NCBI RefSeq assembly: GCF_006345805.1
Contig: NC_043022.1
Coordinates: forward strand, 23,560,001-23,624,000
DNA: 64,000 nt
From: Octopus sinensis
Taxonomy: Eukaryota
Direction of reading: 5' to 3'
Position 1 is the stretch's first letter; each line of letters begins with the position of its first letter. The notes beneath the pieces were generated by a model that was given only the letters and a program-made list of their open reading frames with translations, was not told where the DNA came from and did no database searches. Below, in pieces: positions 52,083-64,000 of this stretch. The position numbers were made by a program, and so were the translations under genes.

Positions 52083-53299
52083 CTTTTTATATTTTACTTG
52101 TTTCAGTCTTTGGATTGCAGCCATGCTGGAGCACCACCTTGAAGGGTTTAGTCAAACAAATTGATTTCAGTGCATTTTTTAAAGTCTGGTACTTATTCTT
52201 TCAATCTCTCTCTTTTTTTCTTTTTGAACTGCTAGGATACTGGGAGGTAAACCAACTGACATTGGTTGTCAAGTGGTGCTAGTGGTAAGGGACAAACACA
52301 CACACACACACACACATGTATACAATTGGCTTGCACTCAGTTTCTGCTACCAAATTAACTCAGGCATTGATTGGCCCAGCACTATAGTGGAAGGTGCTTC
52401 ACTGAACCCAAAACCACCAAGGTAATGAACCCAAAACCACATGGCTGCAGAGTGAGCATTGAAGCATTCAACTATGCTTGCCCCTCTGTTCATGTGTGTG
52501 CATATATATGCTCCAGTATATCTGTATTCATAAACATATAAACTTTCAAATCACCCCATCTCTGTATTAAATCTTAAAAGTAATATTAATAGGCAGATTT
52601 CCAATATTTTCTTTCAATGAAAATTCATTTAACTATGCTGGTTAAATGCCTAAAACAACATGTTTAATGATAATATATATTAAAATCAAAAGTAAATTAA
52701 GTAGATCTGTTGAAACAAAAATACAGACAAAAATTTGTAGTAATTTAGTTTTGAAGCCTGCACTAACATTGTTACAATCTTCTCAAGTGTAGGCTATAAA
52801 CATTTCCCAACAAAACACTAATATCACTATATCTTTAGCAAAAACAATTTGAAAGTGGTTAAGTGTACTATCAATTTGGCAGCTTTCATTACTACAATTA
52901 CTGGTAAGAAATTTACCTACATTGTATCCAAAGAAATCCTCTAAATAATTTTCCATGCTGCAAATATTTTAACTCCACTTTTTGTGCTCTCAATTGTGTG
53001 TGCCTCGTTGGTATACAAAATGAATGTTCTCAAAAACAATACTGCAGTGAAGTCTTACATTAGACTTACAATGCACCCATTTAAGAAAAGATATATTTGA
53101 CACATACACTTTCAAATACTAACAAAGAAGAAATACTACTTCATTGTCAAACTATGTATGGAATCTAAAAGACAGCAATATTGAAAGCTTAAAAATAATG
53201 TGCTATGTGATGGAACATGGTTCTACATCCAAGAATGTTTTGAAAATAATGTGAATTTTATCTCATGGACGAATACATTATTTTGCTTATCTTGCATCT

Positions 53300-53790
53300 C
53301 TTCTTTGCCAATTTATTCCTCATACTGAATTAGCATTTGTCAAAATCAAGTGTGGAAAACAACACCCATCATGTGGTGTTTATTTTCATTGATGCATTTC
53401 TGAAGGCATTCTAGGAAGTTGGCCTCCACTCTCTCTAGCATTGCTCTGTGCATAGTCCCATGATTTTAACTGTTGCCTAATGACCAATTTGTAGGGTTGG
53501 AAATGCAGATCTTCATGCAAAATACACATAACTGATCAATTACTAATGCCAAGTTCAGTGGAATGCCACTGAGCAGAGCAATTTAGACTCCATATCAAAG
53601 CTTGTTTGATGCATTCCACATTTTCTGGGGTCCGCACCATTCGTAGCACCCCCACTGGTCTCCTATTCATTAGTGCACCCACTTATTCCTGAGAAAGTTG
53701 TGGGTGTAGAGTCCTGAAAAATGACCTCAGTTGGGTTCTGTCATCAGCAACTGATCTAAATTTTTCAGAGCGCCACCCATGGTGCTCTGA
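53300..53790 (-). mobile_element. Internally deleted Tc1-like transposon remnant
   Basis: VRTPENVECIKQAL..S.NCSAQWHSTELGISN*SV..ILHEDLHFQPYKL is joined directly to the C-terminal LERVEANFLECLQKCINENKHH. The catalytic DDE region is missing. Confidence 0.7.
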
Positions 53791-53794
53791 TAAA

Positions 53795-53975
53795 TTTAAA
53801 TCAGTTAAAAGCATTTGATAGGATCACCATCAATACATATATAGCATCTTTCCTCTGAGCAGCTGGTTTTTGGGTTTGTTTCCAGAAGCTGGGATCACTA
53901 TAATGTTTAGAGACATTTGCTCAGTAGTCAGAGTAAATGGTCAGTTGTCAGAACCATTTAGTATCATGTATCAAT
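53795..53975 (+). mobile_element. Tx1/L1-like RT fragment
   Basis: Translates to QLKAFDRITHQYI-like sequence and FRDICSVVRVNGQLSEPFSI. Confidence 0.6.
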
Positions 53976-54776
53976 ATTTCTGTGTGTGCGTGGTTTTTGT
54001 ACTTTATATTAATGTAAATGCCTGCTTATTGAATTTTTTTGTTTGTTTTGAGAGGGTGGGGGTTATCTAACCCATCTTACTCATTCATTTTGGCAAGAAA
54101 CAAACTCTGATCTGTTTTAAACATTGTGCTTTACATCAATCATAATGAAAGAAATATTTTCTTGTGCACGTTGAATGGTAAAATTTTCATGTCAGTCAGA
54201 AGTGCCAAGAAAAAAAAATGTCTTGACAGCTCAGCAATGAATAAATGATAATAATCCTTTCTACTATAGGCATAAGGCCTGGAATTTTGGGGTGGAGGAT
54301 AGTCAATTACATTGACCCAGTACTCAACTGGTATTTATTCCATCAACCTCAAAAGGATGAAGGGCAAAGTAGACCTTGGCAGCATTTGAACTTAGAATGT
54401 AATGAGCTGGAAGCAATGCTGCTAAGCATAATAATGATGATAATAGTTATAACAACAACAACAACAAAAAGCACTCAATAAGCAGGCATTTGCATTGAAA
54501 TAAATGATGAAAATGTTCACAAAAAAATAATTTATATAAAGAGATGAAAGAACAGTAATTTTAGCAAAACCAAAGAAACTCAGTATAGTAAAGTCATATG
54601 ACCAAAGAGGGTGGTATTCTTTCTGACCAGGTAAGTATGAGGCAAGAAATAAAAATATGTAAATATGCTTCACTAGATTGTCATTTACCAATGAATAACA
54701 GTTATAGAAGGTCATTGCCTTAACTAGCTGAGGTAAAGTATATGGGTTTCTCTGTGTGAAGCTTTCAAGAATGAGG

Positions 54777-54846
54777 ATGAAGCAAGTAAAAATGCTGATG
54801 TGATACACACATGAAGCAAGTAAAAATGCTGATGTGATACACACAT
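54777..54846 (+). repeat. Perfect 34-bp tandem duplication
   Basis: ATGAAGCAAGTAAAAATGCTGATGTGATACACAC occurs twice. Confidence 0.9.
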
Positions 54847-55721
54847 CTCACAGTACATGGTGTTGATGAAACATGAAGGCCAAGGAAAAGAATGTAGATG
54901 AGGACGTTGTCTTAGGTTTGAACTTTCCTTCACCTTCATGGCAAGCTTAGAGAAGAGAAAAGAGATCAATAATATTTGGAGTGTCTATGATATGATCTCG
55001 AATGTGAGTTGGGGATAAAGCAAGTTGGAATAAAGAGTTGTGTCAGCTCACTTAGTCTTGTTAATTTAATTACTCATATCTGCTTTGAATAAAAATTTAC
55101 TGGTGGTAATACCACCAGGAGTGGGTTGGTGACCGATAAGGCATCCAGCCATAGAAATCTACTTTAACAAATTCTGTTCATCCCATGAGAGCATGGAAAA
55201 GTAACCAATGATGATGATGAGTATGTGTTGTGTTGTTGCAATATGTCTAATGCCTGAGAAGATGAGAGAAGAGTTAATTTATGTTTTTTGTTTTGGAGAG
55301 ATTATGTATTAGATCCATGATGGATCTAATATATAGTTTGTGTACAGTGGCAGTTACATACAGAAAGCCAGATTTTTTATGGTAGTCTTCCAAGAGTTAC
55401 TTCCACCATAACAGAAAGATGTCTGAGATTCTGTAGACACTGCTTTCATAGTAAAGATGAAAAAGTGAGTTAAATGCGGATATGGTAACCAACACACAGA
55501 AAACAATGTAGGAGTCATCCAGCCAGGATATTTATTCACCAACTGGTTGAAGACTCTGGTCTACTGAAGAACAACCTAACAATAACAATGCAGGAGAAAG
55601 AATTCTGGAAACCAGCTGTTGGTGGTATTCATCTGTGAATGACATAGTAGTATTAGTAGCAGCAGTAGCAATAATAGCAGTAGTACACCATTTGTCATTT
55701 GTATAACATTCATCTCTTGTG

Positions 55722-56040
55722 TGAAGATGTGTGACTTAGTGGTTAGGATATTTGACTCATGATCATAAGGTTGTGAGTTCAATTGCTCAAGGATAAGTAG
55801 CCTTGATCAAGACACTTTATTTCATATTACTCCAGTCAACTCAGTAGGCAATGATGAGTAGTACCTGTATTTCAAAAGACCAGCCTTGTCACATTCTGTG
55901 TCACACTGAATCTCCCTGAGAACTACATTAAGTGTACGCACATCTGTGGAGTGCTCTGCCACTTGCATGTTAATTTCACGAGCAGGCTGTTCTGTTTATC
56001 AGATCAACTGGGACCTTCATCATTGTAACTCAGTGCCAGT
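55722..56040 (+). mobile_element. Family-D SINE
   Basis: tRNA-like head GACTTAGTGGTTAGG..GTTGTGAGTTCAATT and body CCAGCCTTGTCACATTCTGTGTCACACTGAATCTCCCTGAGAACTAC. Related copies lie at about 25840-26000, 35720-36015 and 40790-41050 (minus). Confidence 0.75.
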
Positions 56041-56586
56041 GTCTTTTGCATAACATTTGTCTCTTGGATATCATCTGTTACTATTTCTTTGTGTTGGCTG
56101 GATCTGGTACTTATATGTACTCGAAGCATGATTGCATGTTATTTTGTTTTCCTTTGCTATGTCTGTGTGCGTTATGCTGTGTGCGTTTTTATGTTTTACC
56201 TCACATCACTCCAGTCCACTCAGCTTGCAAAAATATGTAGTACCTGTATATCAAAGGGCCAGCCTTGTCACATTCTGTATCATGCTGAATCTCCCTGAGA
56301 ACTTTTTTTAAGAGTACTCGTGTTTGTGGAGTGCTCAACCACTTACACATTAATTTCATGAGCTGGTTATTCCATTGATTGGATCAACTAGAACCCTCAC
56401 CATTGTAACTGAAAAAGTACAAGTGCCTTTTGTACAACATTTGTCTCTTGTACATCATTTGTTGCAGTTTCTTTGCATTAGCCGAATATGGTACCTGTGT
56501 TTATTCTAAGTATGTTCACATGTCATTTTGTTTTCCTTTACTATGTCTTCTACATATGCTGTGTGTGTTGTGTGTAATTACTGGTA
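55829..56586 (+). repeat. Tandem duplication with a 379-bp period
   Basis: ACTCCAGTC anchors at 55829 and 56208, with co-linear similarity through the SINE body and about 170 bp of flank. Confidence 0.85.
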
Positions 56587-58379
56587 TTTTTTCATCTTCC
56601 CTGTCAGCATGTGGCTTATTTATTTTGTTGAATATAACAGTTGGTTATATTGTTTTTGTTGGCAGTGATGGTGTTGTTACTACTGTTTGTTGACACTATT
56701 GACATCGTTGTTGGAATTGTTTATTCCTCAGATGAGTCCTGATCAAGGAGGCTGATATATAATCAAAGACATTCCAAACTTGACTAGTCAGTCTGTTTTT
56801 CTGGGGTTTTTTTTATTAAAGGCATAATGCATCTTGGACCACAGTAAACAAAATGTCCCTCTTTTTTTTTAATGTAAGATGATGATGATGATGATGATGA
56901 TGGTAGTGGTGGTGATAGGGGATGGAGGTAACAATGATGGTGGTGGTGAGGATAAGGGTAGTGTTGATGTTGATGCTGCTGATGGTAGTTTTGATGGTAG
57001 TTATGGTGTAAGTGGTGTTGGTATAAATAATAGTTATGGATATTGCTGTTGTTGTGATGTTTTTTTCTTTAAATAAAATAAACAGAGGGTAAAAAAAAAC
57101 GAAAAGAGTCCAAAAAACCTTCTCCTTCCACTCCCCACCCCTGTTTTGTTTATATCTCATGGAAACCATTACTTACCTCAACTCACCTTCATCTTCATCT
57201 ATTTACCCTACTCACCTACCTACATAGTTTACCACACCCACACCCCGACACAGACCAGCCAAACCAGCACCAGAGAGAGAGAGAGAGAGAGAGAAAGAGA
57301 AGGTGAGAGAGAACAGTAAGCATCACCACCTCCACCTCTGCATCTATAACACCACCATCAGCAGCACTCTCATAATTACTCCCCCACACCATCATAAATA
57401 CCAATACCTTCACCAACAGTACCACTACCCCACCAGTGACAAAACCACCACCATCAGCAACACTACCACCACTACTACCAACACCACTACCAATACTACC
57501 ATCACTGCTAACACCACCACCAGCAAAACTAGCATCATCACCACTAATACCACCACCACCACCACCATCATCATCACCAATATTATCAGCATCCCGCATC
57601 ATCAACAACAGTAGTACTACCACCATCATCAGCATCACTGACAACAACAACGCATTCAGCACCAATCCACCATCAGCACCAGCACCACCACCATCATCAT
57701 CAACACAGCAGCACTCTATAATCACTACTACCACACCTCCTCTTCCTCATCCTCCTCCATCACCACCACACCATCAGCACCATCCTCATCTCCACAAACA
57801 CCACTATCACCATCACTGCAGTTGATTTTTTTACCACCCCCACCCCATTCCACCCTAATACCATCACCAGCAGCACCACCACCACATAGATCTCCTTAAT
57901 CCCTTCATCATCATTACTACTACTACTACTACTAATATTACTACTACTACAGCTACTGCTACTACTTCTGATGGCGCTAAGTCTAAAGACAGCCAGCCGG
58001 TGCCCCTCTCCCGCCAGCCCCATTAAAAAAATCTGTGTTGCTACATCCATTCCACAGAGGCGTTAGGTAACTTTATAGTCAACTAGACAGAGCTGTCAGA
58101 GAAACAACTTTTCAGGTAAGGCACTGACTTACTGCAACCATTTCATATATAAACATATATATGTATGAATGAATGTATGTATGTATGTATGTGTGCATCT
58201 ATGTATGCATGTATGTATATATGTATGTATGTACTCTTTCTTTCTCAAACTTTATCATTCTTTCACTTTCTCTTTCTCTCTTTCTCCTATACACACATGT
58301 ACTTATACTTTCGTTCTACCCATCTACCCATATCTATAATCAATCTCTCTTTCTCTCTCACTCTCTCTTGATCTATCTC

Positions 58380-59730
<1,351 letters not shown>

Positions 59731-60163
59731 TGTGCATGCATCTCATTGTGTTTGTTCCTCACCTCTGTTTAACAATTGATGTTGGTTTTTTTATGTACCT
59801 GTAACTTAACAGTTTACTTAAAGAAACCAGTAGAATAATGGAATAAGTGTCAGACTTTAAAAAATAAGTAACGGGGTCAATTAGTTCAACTAAAGCCCTT
59901 CAATGCAGTATTCAAGTATAACCACAGTCCAATGATGGGAACAAGTTAAAGATAGGATATAATAATATATATTGTTGTGCAGTCATGTGGTCTTCTGTCC
60001 AGTTTTATTGCATGCTAGAACTCTGGGCTGGCCAAACTATCTGAATGAATTTAGTAGATGGAAAACTCTCTGTCTCTCATACACACGCATGCATATGTGT
60101 GTGTGTGTGTGTGTGTATATAGATAGATAGATAGATAAAAACATTTATGTATGTTTGTGAATG

Positions 60164-60234
<71 letters not shown>

Positions 60235-60939
60235 TGTATGTGTGGGTGTGTGCGCATGAGTTTGTTTACATTTGTGCTTCTCCAAAATTGCTTAGCACCA
60301 AACGCTGATGTTGTCATTTCCTTTGCTAACAAATAATCAACTGACTTTGTGCCTTCAAAGATGTGTGGAATAAGAGATCTCTCAGTTGAAATTCAAGTAA
60401 CCATTAGTGACAGGAAGAGCATTCATCTGTAAAAACAATGCCTATATAAATATTACACACACACACACACGTGTGTGCATGTATGTATATGTGTGTATGC
60501 ATGTAAATATATATATGCCTGTATATGTAGGTATATATGTGTGTGTGTATATATATGCCTGTATGTATATGTATGTGTGTGTGTGTGTGTATATATATAA
60601 ATATATGCCTGTATATGTATGTATATATGTGTGTGTGTATATATATGCTTTTATGTATATGTATATATATATGTGTGTGTGTGTGTGTATGTGTGTGTGT
60701 GTATATATAATATATAATATAGCAAGGGGATTTATAACTTGTCGGACACCCTAGAGTATACCAAGAAAATACAATTCAACGTAATGTGTGCTTTGGACCA
60801 GCTCCTAGGTCCTAAATACTCATAGGGTTAGTTTTCTCTATGTACACAACTGGAACATTCTATTTGATACTTACCAACCATAGGCCAGAAGCACAGGTTT
60901 ATCCTACCCTACCTGGTGCATATCTTTTCAAGTACCCCG

Positions 60940-61749
60940 ATTAGATCTATTTACGAAAATTACAGAAAAATATCTTAAAATACTAAAGAGTAAATCTATT
61001 CAATAAAATCGTCATTGGCTTCAACCACGGCCTCCAGACGACTTCAGAATCTCCTGCAATTCTTCTGGATGGTCTCCTTTTTTAAGTTGCTGAATGCTGC
61101 CATAATCCTTCTTTCAGCTCATCTTTGGTGTTACGAGGAGTTTTCTTGGCCTCTCACTCAACTTGCCCCACACATAATAATCAAGGGGGTTACAGTCTGG
61201 GGAGTTAGGTAGCCAGATGTTATGGGTGATGTGGTCACAGAAATTGTCTGACAGCCATGACTGGGTTCACCTGCTTGTGTTGTATGGTGCAGAGTTCTGT
61301 TACCAGACATAGGGTCATTCAGTAGCCACCCTCTTGACCCAGGGTAGCACTGCCTCCTCCAGGTACTTGATGTAGGCCTCTGTGTTGAGTCTGAGGCCGT
61401 GTGGGAAGATGAATGGAGGCATAACGTCGCCATCAATAGTAATCACTCCAAACACCATGATGTTGACTGGATATTTGATTTTTATCACTCTCGGTACATA
61501 TTCTCAGATTGCACTGTCCTCAGATTGACACCCAAATACTCTGAGATGCTTGTGTTGGAGCTTCTAGTATGATGCCAAGCTGTACAGCATGTTGTTTCCA
61601 AATTTCTGACAGAGTGAATCGCATCATGATGCTGTTTTTCTCACAGGCAGTGACCAGCTGACCCTACTATACTATGTAGTTGACAAAATCAAAAACAAAC
61701 AATGCACATGCACAAAATTAAAAAGCAACAACTTACCCACTGCACCCTG
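60940..61749 (-). mobile_element. Second maT (DD37D)-type copy, internally deleted
   Basis: Co-linear with 18040-19040. There are 37 residues between the second catalytic position (QN, normally QD) and the last Asp of NSPDCNPLD. About 380 bp corresponding to 18135-18520 is missing. A TIR-like end lies at 61720-61749. Confidence 0.88.
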
Positions 61750-61854
61750 TCTTATATATATATATTATATATATATGAATATAAATAAAATATATATATA
61801 TATATGCATATATACGTACATATGTACATACATACTTATATATGTATATATATA

Positions 61855-62099
61855 TCGTGCCGGTGGCACGTAAAAAGCACCATCCGTTTGTGGCCGTTTG
61901 CCAGCTCTGTCTGGCACCTGTGCGGGTGGCACGTAAAAAGCACCCACTACACTCACGGAGTGGTTGGCATTAGGAAGGGCATCCAGCCGTAGAAACACTG
62001 CCAAATCTAACTAGGCCTGATGAAGCCTTCCGGCTTCACAGACCCCAGTTGAACCGTCCAACCCATGCTAGCATGGAAAACGGACGCTAAACGATGATG

Positions 62100-62100
<1 letters not shown>
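61855..62100 (+). mobile_element. RTE 3'UTR-only copy (little diverged)
   Basis: Has two GTGC..GTGGCACGTAAAAAGCACC units, the GGAAGGGCATCCAGC segment and the tail GGACGCTAAACGATGATGA. Confidence 0.8.
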
Positions 62101-62192
<92 letters not shown>

Positions 62193-62199
62193 GCATATG

Positions 62200-62360
62200 T
62201 GAGTATAGGACGTCACAAAACATAACATGAAATACGAAGACAAACTTGGGTATGTGAACAATAAGAGAAACAAATGGAAAACAAGACAAGTAACAAAAAG
62301 AACGACCCTTCATCAGTTGTCAGCTGTCCATCTACTCCTCATTTCGAGTAATTAACGACA
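62200..62360 (-). mobile_element. Short non-autonomous element with a permuted hammerhead-like core
   Basis: The minus strand has GAAAU..GUA..CUGAUGA, a T-rich stretch and GTCCTATACTC, then (TA)n. Confidence 0.4.
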
Positions 62361-63189
62361 GAGAGAGAGGGGGGGAGAGAGATTATACATCATCATCTTT
62401 ATAAATGATGATGATTTGGATGATGATACATCTAGACACACGTTTGTATATAAATGTGCATATATATATATATATATATATATAAGCACACAGATATATA
62501 TATGAACATATATACACACATACAATGAGTGATATGGTGGCACCATAAATATCCCTGCCTACATACCATCCAACTCCTGTTCTCATGCCAATATCAACCT
62601 TCACTGAATCCAAGAATTTCAGTAAACACATATGAAGGCTTGTTTATTTATCTCACCTGTGTTCCAGTATTTCTCTCATATATACTATCTTTGATTCGCT
62701 TTCTTACCCGTACCATTTCTTTTTGCACTGCCAACACCTACAATACCAGCACCACCTCCTCTCTGACTCTACGTCCCTGCCCAGACAGTACCACACCAAA
62801 CTTTGATTTGCAATTCCTCAGAATGCTGCTATTCTTTTTGCTCTTGTTACTGTCATAGTATTTGTCGTTGTTACTGTTGTTGATTTGTTGTACTTGCTGT
62901 TATAGTTGTTGTAGTTGTTGATGTTGCTGTTATTGTTCTATAACTACTAATGTTTTATTTGGATGGAATATTTCAGTTTCTCCAAATATATTACTACATA
63001 CACACATTTGTCATGGTCTTTAAACACACACACACATGTAACCTAGCAATTAGGTAAAAGAGACCAATAGAATACATACCAAAGTTTAAAAAATTAAGTA
63101 CTATGGTGGATTTGCTTAACTAAAACTTTTCAAGGTGGTGCCCCTGTATGACCACAATCCAATGACTGAAACAAGTAAAAGATAAATGC

Positions 63190-63224
<35 letters not shown>

Positions 63225-63232
63225 TATACATT

Positions 63233-63293
<61 letters not shown>

Positions 63294-63769
63294 CCTGTCT
63301 ACCACTCACTCATGCAACCATATATTTGGTGCTAGTGATGGAGGCCTGAGTGTATAATATATATCTACACTAGGTCTCGCACCCATTCTGTACTTGTTAA
63401 GCTCTATCTGCATCCACTTTTGCCTATTCCATATTCTCTCATCCCTCAATCACTCGTCTCCTGTTTTGCTATACTATACACCCATCACACACTTACTGCA
63501 AACCATTTCTATAACTGCATTGTTCCTCTCTCTTCCAATCTAGCATGTGTCTGACACAAGTTTTATCTCTTCCATCACAATGCCCAAATAACAAGTATTT
63601 GCATAAAATTGTATCAGAATGTGGTGTATGCGAGAGAATCGAAATAAGGACACCTACCTTCTCTTCACTCGACAGAGACCTTTCAGCGGTAATGGATCCT
63701 TCAATGCAGCCTGATCTGAACACTAGAAATAGCAGCTGCTTCTCCCCTACCTTAACAACGTGCTCACGC

Positions 63770-63900
63770 ATCTCACTCCCTCGGCTACCTCGATTGAAAA
63801 AAGGCCGAATCCTGCCCTGCCTGCGCGCACGTCACTCCTGGTCCTTCCGGTCAGCTCCCTGGCTGCTGACGTCATCCCACACAGAAGAAGCACCTCCTCA
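63770..63900. promoter_or_regulatory. CpG-rich promoter- or enhancer-like segment
   Basis: Local GC and CpG enrichment, with a full CRE palindrome TGACGTCA (63867-74), a half CRE (63828-34) and an ETS-like CTTCCGG (63844-50). It could equally be a TE end. Confidence 0.3.
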
Positions 63901-64000
63901 ATTACCCACCCTGCCATCCTTCTCATTTAGGTCATGCTTTTATTGACAATTATCTCTTTTCCACCATTGCCATCTTGACTTACGCTCTCTTTTAAACAGT

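Noticed and set aside
53765-53790. 10-bp hairpin TCAGAGCGCC/GGTGCTCTGA
   Set aside because: It sits at a junction between TE remnants and is likely a boundary artefact.
57216-57825. Pro/Thr/His/Gly/Val-rich ORFs (also 29057-29643, 37550-37952 and 39690-40213)
   Set aside because: They are cryptic trinucleotide tracts, open on both strands, with no splice or homology support.
57960-58130. GC-rich segment ending in a TTTTCAG|GTAAGG donor-like site
   Set aside because: There is no convincing acceptor or open frame; left unassigned.
62020-62040. CTGATGA-AGCC..GGCT in an RTE 3'UTR
   Set aside because: No GAAA follows, and other copies of the family have a different sequence here.

Overview
This is eukaryotic genomic DNA: AT-rich and saturated with (TA)n, (CA)n and trinucleotide microsatellites and interspersed repeats. 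The repeat repertoire is most consistent with an Octopus-type cephalopod genome (inference, not verified by search). Nearly all entries in the ORF track are microsatellite or transposon artefacts. One protein-coding gene is well supported on the + strand. It is a partial multi-exon gene (exons 7770-8957, 9785-10084, 13860-14147 and 19755-~20446) joined in frame through phase-1 GT-AG introns. It encodes two tandem I-set immunoglobulin domains flanked by large low-complexity linkers, i.e. a titin/obscurin/UNC-89/MLCK-type architecture; I cannot name the orthologue. The rest is intronic or intergenic sequence with decayed transposons: mariner, maT (DD37D) and other Tc1-like elements, hAT and piggyBac MITEs, RTE, CR1 and Tx1 LINE fragments, a Penelope-like RT remnant, a probable solo LTR and many tRNA-type SINEs. 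The most interesting signal is a set of short non-coding elements inserted in microsatellites that carry hammerhead-ribozyme cores. These comprise three minimal type-I hammerheads (5683-5730, 11974-12019, 52001-52036), a half-ribozyme (28473-28495), and two otherwise divergent elements (51177-51221 and 62305-62349). The last two share a circularly permuted core, GAAA-N25-CUGANGA, with identical spacing. Also notable are a 7-aa coding repeat, a long foldback (47473-47863), a pre-miRNA-sized hairpin (1778-1862) and a ~190-bp direct repeat around an RTE 3' end.
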